From the NCBI GenBank assembly GCA_018302545.1, contig JAGVZM010000003.1:111680-175679 (forward strand): a stretch of DNA of 64,000 nucleotides, written 5' to 3'. This stretch comes from Candidatus Woesearchaeota archaeon. GTDB taxonomy: Archaea > Nanobdellota > Nanobdellia > SCGC-AAA011-G17 > GW2011-AR18. This document shows, in pieces, positions 36,929-45,376 of this stretch; position 1 is the stretch's first letter; every line of letters starts with the position of its first letter. The translations under genes were made by a program, and so were the position numbers. The notes under the pieces are model-generated. The model saw only the letters and a list, made by a program, of their open reading frames with translations. It searched no databases and had not been told where the DNA came from.

Positions 36929-37993
36929 TTAATTAGTAGGATTAGATGAGAGAGAATGTTCGATTTGTTCTAAAAAAGATGATAAATCTCCTGAAGTAAC
37001 TTTTTCGTGAACTATTTTATAATACAAAACACCGTATTGTAAATGTCGAGAATCTTCAGCATTTGTTATTACTGCTTTGGTTGTGAGATCTTGTGATTTA
37101 AGTGTTGGATCCAATATCCTTCCATCCTCTAATCTTACTCGTGCATGACCCATTTGTTGATCCCATTTGATATACTCTTGTCGTGATTTTATACCTGCAA
37201 CCTGAAGTAAAGTTTGAGCTACAGCAGCATGATGCCTACATACCCCTACCTTACATTCTTTTAGATCCCCAACAGCTACAGTTCTTTGATCATCCCCTTC
37301 TACAACTTCCTTAACACCTTCTTTACTATAAGGCAACATTCCAATTGCCATTCTGGCAATAATATCAAGTAATAAATCTTCTTCTAAATTTTCAGAGAGC
37401 ACAATCTTTCTCAACATGCAGATTTCATTTCTAAGATCATACTTATTTATTCTAAATTTTTCTAGACCGTTCCTTTCAACTCCCTGACTATATGGCCCAC
37501 AATTGGTAAATCCATCTGGAATATATGAAAGCAACCCAGGCACAATATCTTTTGTTTCTGGAAAAACAATCCTATCCAACAAAATTTCTGTCAGTAAAGA
37601 CCACCCAATCTCCTCATAACTCTCTCGTAATTTGCTTGCTTTCCATCTTTCTTCCTGTTCTTTTGTGGGGGGTACGTCAGTCTTCTTAGGAGCGATGACT
37701 GTTTCCTCCTCATAAAGATAACGCTCATATGCTATACAATGAATGTATGCATTGAAAATCTTATGAGTCATCCATGGGTCACGTTGATGTGCTTCGGCAG
37801 CTTGCTCTAAAATTCGGGGTGTAATCCTCTCATGCCTTGGGTTAGGAAGAATAAAAAGACTTCCTCTAGAATTTTCCAAAACTAATTCTGGTCTTAGGAG
37901 AATTGATATCATCATTCTCTGAGAATATGAAAGACTATTAGGATTATATAGCTCTTTAAAAACTTCCATAGGATCAATTGTATAATTAACCAT
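36929..37993 (-). CDS. Transglutaminase-like (papain-fold) superfamily protein
   Basis: The C-terminal core is GVCRHHAAVAQTLLQVAGIKSR ... GHARV ... ILDPT (Cys-His-Asp order). The gene looks richer in G+C than its surroundings. Confidence 0.5.
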   Translation of the reverse strand: MVNYTIDPMEVFKELYNPNSLSYSQRMMISILLRPELVLENSRGSLFILPNPRHERITPRILEQAAEAHQRDPWMTHKIFNAYIHCIAYERYLYEEETVIAPKKTDVPPTKEQEERWKASKLRESYEEIGWSLLTEILLDRIVFPETKDIVPGLLSYIPDGFTNCGPYSQGVERNGLEKFRINKYDLRNEICMLRKIVLSENLEEDLLLDIIARMAIGMLPYSKEGVKEVVEGDDQRTVAVGDLKECKVGVCRHHAAVAQTLLQVAGIKSRQEYIKWDQQMGHARVRLEDGRILDPTLKSQDLTTKAVITNAEDSRHLQYGVLYYKIVHEKVTSGDLSSFLEQIEHSLSSNPTN

Positions 37994-38137
37994 CTTAGAA
38001 AAATTAAATCCAAGATTTTATATGCTTTTCGGAACAAATGCTACTAACGAGTAACAATATTCAAATTCTATAAACCTCTTGAGTTATATAACAAAATTCG
38101 CTTTTTTTAATACTCCAAAAAATTTAAAATTCTATCC

Positions 38138-38458
38138 TTAATGTACTATTGGTTCAACAATTTGATTCAATTTATTTTCTAGAATTTTAATCAATTCAGG
38201 ATCATTATATTCATATTTGTCTTGAATCTCTAAAGATATAAGTTGTTTCTTTGCATATACTTCAGGAAATCTATTTGCTATAGTTCTTCTTTGGAAATCT
38301 TCCATAACCACAATCAAATCTGCCCATTCTAATTCTTCTTTAGAGATAGGTTGATCACTAAACAAGCCTCCAGATTTTGTCTCAAATCTTTTCGCAAACA
38401 AATCTTCAGCAGTTTTAGCCCTTTTTAGGCCTTGATCTCCAATAAAGATGATCTTCAT
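38138..38458 (-). CDS. LMW-PTP-like (COG4551-type) protein lacking the nucleophile Cys
   Basis: IIFIGDQGLKRAKTAEDLF aligns to the CxxxxxRS P-loop with Gly in place of Cys. The C-terminal WADLIVVME ... ISLEIQDKYEYNDPELI pattern is conserved. Confidence 0.4.
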   Translation of the reverse strand: MKIIFIGDQGLKRAKTAEDLFAKRFETKSGGLFSDQPISKEELEWADLIVVMEDFQRRTIANRFPEVYAKKQLISLEIQDKYEYNDPELIKILENKLNQIVEPIVH

Positions 38459-38637
38459 AGTGCCTTATATAGTTCATTTATAAATTTAAATCTATCTAAT
38501 TTAAACATACCTAATTAACTAAATCTTATGTTTTAAATTAATATCAAAGTTTGTCCATATAAATTAAGGCCTAAATAAGCCTTAAAAAATAGCAAAAATT
38601 TATAAATAACTTTCTTTTCCAAAATTTATCCGTATTA

Positions 38638-38656
38638 CTACAGTAACTGTAGGAGG
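38638..38656 (+). promoter_or_regulatory. Perfect 6-bp hairpin (CTACAG-TAA-CTGTAG) whose 3' arm overlaps the GGAGG SD of the L1 gene by 1 nt
   Basis: Read directly from the sequence. The ATG is at 38662. Confidence 0.25.
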
Positions 38657-38661
38657 AAATA

Positions 38662-39357
38662 ATGAATAAACAACAAGTATTAGAAACCTTAAAGTATTTG
38701 CGTGAAAACTCTTCAAAAAGAAATTTTTCTCAATCAGTTGATTTAATAATAAACTTACAAAATTTAGATCTAAAAAAACCAGAGCATAAAATAGAATTTT
38801 ATATGCAATTACCAAAGTCTAAAAATAAAAAAGTTAAAATAGGTGGTTTTGTAGATGCTCAACTTGCTACACAAGCAAAAAAAGTCTTAGATACAGTAAT
38901 ATTAAAAGATGAATTAGATACTTGGAAACAAGATATTAAAAAACAAAAAAAATTAGCAAATTCTCATGATTTCTTTATAGCTCAAGTAGATATTATGGCA
39001 AAAACAGCTGCTACTTTCGGTAAAGTTTTAGGTTCAAGAGGGAAAATGCCTAATCCAAAAGCAGGGTGCGTAGTTCCAGGAACAGCAAACCTAGAACCAA
39101 TTGTTAAGAAATTGCAGGATACCATAAAGATTCAGACTAAAAATGAGTTGTCTATAAAAGCGTCTATAGCATTAGAATCTATGAATGATGAAGATATAGC
39201 AGAGAATGCAATAGTAGTTTACAACAACTTAGTTCCAAAATTACCTCAAGAAAAGAATAACATAAAAGACATTTTTTTAAAATTCACAATGAGTCCTGCT
39301 GTTAAAGTAGGAGAAAAACCAAAACAAGAAACAAAGGTTAAAGAAAATAAAAAATGA
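38662..39357 (+). CDS. rpl1: 50S ribosomal protein L1
   Basis: SVDLIINLQ ... KMPNPKAG ... conserved L1 blocks. Followed by P0 and P1 as in archaeal stalk operons. Confidence 0.9.
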   Translation: MNKQQVLETLKYLRENSSKRNFSQSVDLIINLQNLDLKKPEHKIEFYMQLPKSKNKKVKIGGFVDAQLATQAKKVLDTVILKDELDTWKQDIKKQKKLANSHDFFIAQVDIMAKTAATFGKVLGSRGKMPNPKAGCVVPGTANLEPIVKKLQDTIKIQTKNELSIKASIALESMNDEDIAENAIVVYNNLVPKLPQEKNNIKDIFLKFTMSPAVKVGEKPKQETKVKENKK

Positions 39358-40520
39358 ATTATAAAACTAAAGCAGCACAATATAAGAAGGATGAAGTTAA
39401 TAGGTTAAAGTCTATTATTCAAAATTACCAAATAATTGCTGTAGCAGACATGACAAATATGCCTGCTCTTCAATTACAGAAGATGAGATCTTCTTTAAAA
39501 AATTCAGTTCTAATAACTTTATCTAAATCTTCATTAATAAAAATAGCATTTGATTCCTTAAAAGAAAAGATAAATGGATTAGATCAATTAAAAGATCATA
39601 TCAGAGGTATGCCTGCTTTATTATTAACTAATGATAGTCCATTCAAATTAGCAAGCGTTTTAAAAAAATCAAAAAGTGCTGCTCCTGCAAAAGGAGGGCA
39701 ATTAGCTCCAAACGATATTGTTGTGCCAGCAGGTCCGACTGCATTTCCTCCAGGCCCAATAATTGGGGAATTAGGTACAGCCGGAGTTAAAGCTACTGTA
39801 GTTGATGGAAAGATAACTGTAAAGGAAGATACTATAGTTGTAAAAGAAGGGCAAGTAATCAAACAAGAATTAGCAAATTTACTAACTAGATTAGGAATTG
39901 AGCCTATGGAGATAGGTATCAATTTATTAGCTGCTTTAGAAAAAGGAGTTATTTATACTAAAAAAGTATTAACAATAGATGAATCTGAGTACTTGAATAA
40001 TATAAAATTGGCTTATCAAAGTGCATTTAATTTAGCATTTAATATTACTTATCCAACAAAGGATAACATTAAATTATTATTGCAAAAAGCATTTACAGAA
40101 TCAAATGCATTAGCTGACTCTCAAAACATTATGACTTCTGGAAATGTAAAAAAAATACTTGGAAAAGCTAGCTTAGAAGCTGAAGCTTTAAAATCAAAAT
40201 TAAACTTACCAGAGGTAGATATTTCCACAATAACAGAGTCAATTAACCCTGAGGAAGATAAAAAAAAAGAATCGATAGTATCTAAAGAAGTGATAACACA
40301 AAAAGAAGAGCATAAAACTATGAATAATACTCCTGAATCTCAAGAGACAAAACAAAAAAAAGAAGAATTGACTGCACAGGGAATACTAAAACAACTTCAG
40401 GATGAAAAGATTCAAAAAGAGGGCGGCATAACTAAAAGAGATAAAAATTTTGAGCGAGAAGAAAAAGCAGCCCAAGAAGCTATAAGAAAAGCTCAAGATG
40501 ATAAAATTAAAAGAAGTTAA
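39354..40520 (+). CDS. rplP0: 50S ribosomal stalk protein P0 (L10) with an atypical K/E-rich C-terminal extension
   Basis: The N-terminal L10 domain is KKDEVNRLKSIIQNYQIIAVADMTNMPALQLQKMR. The gene sits between L1 and P1. The C-terminus ends ...DDKIKRS. Confidence 0.85.
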   Translation: MNYKTKAAQYKKDEVNRLKSIIQNYQIIAVADMTNMPALQLQKMRSSLKNSVLITLSKSSLIKIAFDSLKEKINGLDQLKDHIRGMPALLLTNDSPFKLASVLKKSKSAAPAKGGQLAPNDIVVPAGPTAFPPGPIIGELGTAGVKATVVDGKITVKEDTIVVKEGQVIKQELANLLTRLGIEPMEIGINLLAALEKGVIYTKKVLTIDESEYLNNIKLAYQSAFNLAFNITYPTKDNIKLLLQKAFTESNALADSQNIMTSGNVKKILGKASLEAEALKSKLNLPEVDISTITESINPEEDKKKESIVSKEVITQKEEHKTMNNTPESQETKQKKEELTAQGILKQLQDEKIQKEGGITKRDKNFEREEKAAQEAIRKAQDDKIKRS

Positions 40521-40542
40521 CAATTAACAGGAGGAAGCTAAA

Positions 40543-40836
40543 ATGGAATATATTTACGCATCTATGTTGCTTCATGCAGCAAAAAAGGAAGTAAACGAAG
40601 AAAGTGTTAAAAAGGTACTTCAAGCAGCAGGCGTATCTGCAGATGAAGGAAGAGTTAAAGCACTTATCGCAGCACTTCAAGGCGTTGACATCGATGCAGC
40701 TATTAAAGAAGCAGCAGTTGCTCCAGTGGCAGCAGCTCCAGCAGCTCCAGTAGCGCCAGCAGCAAAAGCAGCACCTAAAGAAGAAAAGAAATCTGAAGAA
40801 GCTGCAGCAGCAGGGTTAGCCGGTTTATTCGGTTAA
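40543..40836 (+). CDS. rpl12: 50S ribosomal stalk protein P1 (L12)
   Basis: [26 protein letters not shown]..., an Ala/Pro hinge, and the canonical tail [18 protein letters not shown]. Confidence 0.9.
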   Translation: MEYIYASMLLHAAKKEVNEESVKKVLQAAGVSADEGRVKALIAALQGVDIDAAIKEAAVAPVAAAPAAPVAPAAKAAPKEEKKSEEAAAAGLAGLFG

Positions 40837-40850
40837 TTCTTTTTTCTTTT
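40837..40850 (+). terminator. T-rich tract after the stalk operon
   Basis: ttcttttttctttt lies immediately after the P1 stop. Confidence 0.35.
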
Positions 40851-40906
40851 ATTTATTTATTCTACTATAAAAAATTTTAAAAATAAGTATAACTATAAAA
40901 TACTCT

Positions 40907-41173
40907 ATGGGAAAAGAGATTAAAAATGTTGCAGATATTATTAGTGAAGAATTAGAAAGGAGAGGATTATGGAGAGAGTCTTATTTAGTTATAGAACATA
41001 ATAAACCTTTTGGAAGATCCTATGTTGATACTGTTACTGCAAAAATTAGGGGCTGTCAAGAAGTTGTCGCTACATTATATTCAGATAAGACTATTGTTCT
41101 AGAGGGAAATACTAAAAATTATGCCCCTTCATTAAAACAACACTATGATATAAAATTCAAAGATAAACTTTAA
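40907..41173 (+). CDS. Hypothetical protein (88 aa)
   Basis: ORF track only. Confidence 0.35.
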   Translation: MGKEIKNVADIISEELERRGLWRESYLVIEHNKPFGRSYVDTVTAKIRGCQEVVATLYSDKTIVLEGNTKNYAPSLKQHYDIKFKDKL

Positions 41174-41284
41174 GACTCATATCAAAAAGTTTACTACTAA
41201 ATAGATATCCTCTAGAATTTTTACTTCATAAACTTTAAATACATCTCCCTTCGAATTTTAATTATAAAAATATAGGAGGGAAAA

Positions 41285-41683
41285 ATGGAAATCTTTGGAA
41301 AATATTCTAAGTTATACGGTGACTGGTTCTATTTAGTTTTTAGGTTCCTTGTAGGAGTAATGTTCTTTATGCATGGATCTGGGAAATTATTTGGTTGGTT
41401 CGGAGGAAAAGCAATGGGCTTTTCAGGTTTAATGGGTTTTGTAGGTTCAGTTGAATTTTTAGTTGGATTAGCAATAATCTTTGGATTTTTAGTAAGATTA
41501 GCTGCTTTAGGTGGATCATTAATTATGATTGGAGCCTACTTAACTGCACATCTAGGTTGGAACCCATTGCAAACTGGTGGAGAATTAGCCTTAATGTATT
41601 TATCTGCATTCTTAGTTCTAATTGTATTTGGAGCTAGAAAATGGCAACTAGATAAAGTATTATTCAAGAAAGAAATTTTTTAA
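41285..41683 (+). CDS. DoxX family membrane protein
   Basis: RFLVGVMFFMHGSGKLFGWFGG and four TM helices. A GGAGGG SD precedes it. Confidence 0.7.
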   Translation: MEIFGKYSKLYGDWFYLVFRFLVGVMFFMHGSGKLFGWFGGKAMGFSGLMGFVGSVEFLVGLAIIFGFLVRLAALGGSLIMIGAYLTAHLGWNPLQTGGELALMYLSAFLVLIVFGARKWQLDKVLFKKEIF

Positions 41684-42075
41684 TTTCTTTTATTTTTTTA
41701 TTTTAAAATCAATACCCCCAAACTTACTGCGGTTGGGAGCTTCACTTTAATTCTCCAAGTAAATAATATCCTTCTCCAAGAATTCCATAGAAAATTTAAG
41801 GCGGAGTACTATCATATTCTTTAATTAGTCTATAAAAGTTTAAAGCGTTGATCCTATGAGTTATCATAAAGAACGATGTTTAAAATAATTATTAAATCTT
41901 CCTGATTTGTATAAAATTAACAAACCAAGCAATATAATTTTAATGATCAAAAAATATTCCAAAATTCTAAGAGAATAATATAAAGAAGTAAAGGATTTTC
42001 AAAAAAGCAAAAAAACAAGATCTTTTCAAAATTTAAATCTAAAAACATTTAAACACAAACTATCTAAATTAGTTC

Positions 42076-42843
42076 ATGAATGAGATATTACAAGCAATAG
42101 TTTTAGGTTTAATCCAAGGAATTACAGAATGGCTTCCAATAAGTTCTTCTGGCCATCTAGTATTATTTCAACATTTATTTAATATTGAACAACCAATAAT
42201 TTTCGATATATTCTTGCATCTTGGGAGTTTAATAGTTGTCTTAATTATTTTCTGGCAGGATATAAAAAATTTAATTATAGGTTTAATAAAAAAAGATAAA
42301 AATTCAATCAAATTAACTTTGCAATTGATAATAGCAACAATACCCATAGCCCTGGTTGGCTTTTTTTTAAACGATTTAATAAAATCAATATTCAAAGATA
42401 TAAGAACTGTTGGGTTTTCTTTACTATTCACAGCATTATTGTTATTTTTATCAAAATATCCATTAATAAAAAATAAATCATTAAATTACAAAAATACTTT
42501 AATAATTGGCTTACTTCAGTCACTTGCTATACTTCCAGGAGTCTCTAGATCTGGAACAACAATATCTACTGGATTAATCCAAGGAGTAAAAGGAGAAAAA
42601 GCAGCTAAATTTGCGTTTTTATTATTTATTCCAGCAATTTTAGGAGCAACAATCTTAGAAGCAAGAAACATAACCAAAATAACAAATTTTACTCCTCTAA
42701 TAATTTCAACAATTGTAGTTGTAATCTCAGGTTATTTCTCACTAAGATTATTGTTATTTATAATCAAAAAAAGAAAATTCTCCTACTTTGCATGGTATTG
42801 TTTAATATTAGGTCTAGTAACTTTAACAATTGCTTATTTATAA
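42076..42843 (+). CDS. uppP: Undecaprenyl-diphosphatase
   Basis: The GLIQGITEWLPISSSGHL and LPGVSRSGTTI motifs. Confidence 0.9.
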   Translation: MNEILQAIVLGLIQGITEWLPISSSGHLVLFQHLFNIEQPIIFDIFLHLGSLIVVLIIFWQDIKNLIIGLIKKDKNSIKLTLQLIIATIPIALVGFFLNDLIKSIFKDIRTVGFSLLFTALLLFLSKYPLIKNKSLNYKNTLIIGLLQSLAILPGVSRSGTTISTGLIQGVKGEKAAKFAFLLFIPAILGATILEARNITKITNFTPLIISTIVVVISGYFSLRLLLFIIKKRKFSYFAWYCLILGLVTLTIAYL

Positions 42844-43355
42844 ACCATCAAGCAGCCAATATAGTCTTGACTAAAAACTTCTTTTTGATGTATTGTTTTA
42901 TCAATCTTTTCAACTAATATTGATTCTCTTCCGTTAAACCTCAACACATCCCCAATACTGTGATCAATATATCTTAAACCTTCAAATTCATCCTTACCTA
43001 CATAAAAATTAGGACCTCTGAAAGGTCTGCTAGGATCAACTTGTAATAATACTTCTTTCAAAAAAGCAAAAACTCTTTTAGTAAGAACACGATCTTCATG
43101 ATACTCAGAATTCATTCCACCACTATAGGACATACTCCAAATTGGAATTCCTTGAAATCTAACAACTTCTTGTCCAGGAGCAAAGTAATATCCAACATAG
43201 CTGTCTCTATATACAAAATCTCCTTCACAATATTCTAACTCTTTGAAACCAGGTCTTTGCGGATTATCAATGTCTTTACCATCGCCTGCCCAGCATTTAC
43301 TCCTAGCTCTTAAAAGAAATTCAACAAATTTTGTTTGTTCAACTGGCAAATTCAT
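42834..43355 (-). CDS. DUF5680-like protein
   Basis: FLLRARSKCWAGDG ... YRDSYVGYYFAPGQEVV ... PIWSMSYSGGM resembles DUF5680 from memory. Confidence 0.4.
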   Translation of the reverse strand: MNLPVEQTKFVEFLLRARSKCWAGDGKDIDNPQRPGFKELEYCEGDFVYRDSYVGYYFAPGQEVVRFQGIPIWSMSYSGGMNSEYHEDRVLTKRVFAFLKEVLLQVDPSRPFRGPNFYVGKDEFEGLRYIDHSIGDVLRFNGRESILVEKIDKTIHQKEVFSQDYIGCLMVYK

Positions 43356-43395
43356 TATATGAGTAAAACCTAAAAATATAAAAATGTTTCAAAAA

Positions 43396-43794
43396 TTAAT
43401 TCATAACTCTAAGAACAGCATCATAAAGCTCTTTAGCACTTTCATTATTCTCTAAATGGTCCTCTAGAACTCTACCTGAATTATAAATATAATGTTTTCT
43501 AATAAGTCCTGAAGCTGTAAGACTCTTAGGTGCAGAGCTATGTCTATCTATCGAACATATAAGCAAATTAGTAACTTTGCCTCCATTTATACCATGTTCC
43601 ACAGGTTTATCTGAAAAAGTTATAACTGCTTTCAAATCTGCTCTACTCATAGAACCAAAATTGTGTGTGTAAACAGAAACCATTTTTGAATCATCTGGTG
43701 ACCACTCATAACAATATCCTTCCATAACAAAAACCAATCCATAATCCTGTTTTTGCTTAGCGATCCCAGTTAATTCCAAAACCATTTTCAACAT
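43396..43794 (-). CDS. Hypothetical protein (132 aa)
   Basis: ORF track only. Co-directional with the DUF5680-like gene. Confidence 0.35.
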   Translation of the reverse strand: MLKMVLELTGIAKQKQDYGLVFVMEGYCYEWSPDDSKMVSVYTHNFGSMSRADLKAVITFSDKPVEHGINGGKVTNLLICSIDRHSSAPKSLTASGLIRKHYIYNSGRVLEDHLENNESAKELYDAVLRVMN

Positions 43795-43902
43795 AAGATT
43801 AACAAAAAACTTATAAAACTAATAGAATAACTAATAAATAATTTATTTAATACAAATATATACAATCAATAGCCTTAAAAATACCAAAAAAAGCCCAATT
43901 CT

Positions 43903-44781
43903 ATGCTAGACCTAGGGTTAGAAAAGTATAGGACTCTAAAAAAAGATTTAGAAGATTTAAGAAAAAAACTAGATCAAGTAAGAGAGAAAAAAGAATTCTG
44001 GTTTAAAAAGAAGGAAGAGTTAAAAAAAGAGATTAATGATCTAATCAAAAAAATTAAAGATTTAAAAAAAGAAAAGGATCAAAAAAACAGAGAGTTAGAA
44101 AATTTAAAACAACAAAGAGATAAATACAACAATGAAGTTCAGAGTTTAATTAAAAAAATAAAAGTTCTAAACAAAGAAAAAACAAAAGCTTACAAAAAAT
44201 ATAATATAAAAGTAGAACCTAAAAAGTTACAAGAGAAAATAAATATATTAGAACAGAAAGTAGAGATAGAAACTGATTTTGAAAAAGAAAAGAAGTTTAT
44301 GGAAGAGATTAAAAAATTAAAAAAATCATACGAAGAAAGTTCAGAAGTTATGAAAATTGCAGAAAAAGCAGAGTCATTAGATAAAGAAATTAAAGAGTCT
44401 AAAAAAATAGCAGATGAATTTCACAAAAGAATAAAGAACATAACACAAGATACTTCTTACGAAGTTTTCATAGAATTATCAAAGAGAATAAATCATCTAA
44501 AAAAAGAGCAGGAGGATGCTTTCCAGAAATTTATAGACCACAAAAATGAACTTTCTAGTTTAAATGAAGAATTAAAAGAAAAACAACAGGAGTTTAACGT
44601 ATTAAGAATGATATTCCAAAAGGATCAAGAAGTAAGAAAAATGGAGCATGAAGAAAAAATAAAATCAAAATTAAATCAAAATGCAAAAAAAGTAGAAGAA
44701 AAACTAAAAACAAAGAAAAAAATAACAACAGAGGATATAATAGCAATGCAAGGCTCTACTGAAGACGAGATTTCTTATTAG
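43903..44781 (+). CDS. Archaeal coiled-coil protein (COG1340-like)
   Basis: 292 aa, almost entirely K/E heptad coiled coil. Confidence 0.5.
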   Translation: MLDLGLEKYRTLKKDLEDLRKKLDQVREKKEFWFKKKEELKKEINDLIKKIKDLKKEKDQKNRELENLKQQRDKYNNEVQSLIKKIKVLNKEKTKAYKKYNIKVEPKKLQEKINILEQKVEIETDFEKEKKFMEEIKKLKKSYEESSEVMKIAEKAESLDKEIKESKKIADEFHKRIKNITQDTSYEVFIELSKRINHLKKEQEDAFQKFIDHKNELSSLNEELKEKQQEFNVLRMIFQKDQEVRKMEHEEKIKSKLNQNAKKVEEKLKTKKKITTEDIIAMQGSTEDEISY

Positions 44782-45277
44782 TAATATCTTTATAGACTGT
44801 TTTTAAATCATCATAAACAGGGATACTCTTAATCTTATAATTTCTAACCAATAAAATCCATACAATTGCAACATAGGCCCCCATTAAAAATTTCCAAAAT
44901 AACAAATGGACCAAATTAAACCAATAAAATCCATGTTCTAATGCTAAAAAAACAACAAGCCATATTCTAAAAATATTCATTGCAAATATTGCTAAAAAAC
45001 CATAAATAACTAATCTAGACCTAACCTTTAAATTAATATTTTTAGTAAGTAATACTAAGAGTAATAAAAAATAATAAGCATAAATAGCAATACAAGCCTC
45101 AACAAATTCAAATCTTATCCCGTTAACATCTAGAATATTACCAATTAATATAGGGTTATAATAATTTAGAATAAAATAACTAGTATAAATTGTTAGGGGA
45201 GTTAAAATAAAAGAGATAATCGGAACTGAAACTAAAATTAAAAATAATCTAATAATTAATTGAGGGTAATACTTCAT
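44756..45277 (-). CDS. Minimal exosortase/archaeosortase-family protein
   Basis: 173 aa, polytopic. Ordered Cys/Arg/His candidates are FEFVEACIAIYAY, AMNIFRIWLV and LVHLLFWKF, matching the xrt/art core pattern CxG...NxxRI...H. Confidence 0.5.
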   Translation of the reverse strand: MKYYPQLIIRLFLILVSVPIISFILTPLTIYTSYFILNYYNPILIGNILDVNGIRFEFVEACIAIYAYYFLLLLVLLTKNINLKVRSRLVIYGFLAIFAMNIFRIWLVVFLALEHGFYWFNLVHLLFWKFLMGAYVAIVWILLVRNYKIKSIPVYDDLKTVYKDITNKKSRLQ

Positions 45278-45376
45278 AAAATTAAAATATTAACTAATTA
45301 TAAAATACTTGCTATAATTCAGCTTTGCACAAATAATTCAAAAGATATATAAAAACAATATATAATAAGATAATCA

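Noticed and set aside
41684-42075. A 390-nt gap with no ORF between the DoxX and uppP genes. I considered an ncRNA or a gene remnant.
   Set aside because: I found no convincing stem-loop architecture, C/D or H/ACA boxes, tRNA-like ends or translatable remnant. There is only a weak imperfect hairpin near 41715-41740, so I cannot support a call without covariance-model searches.
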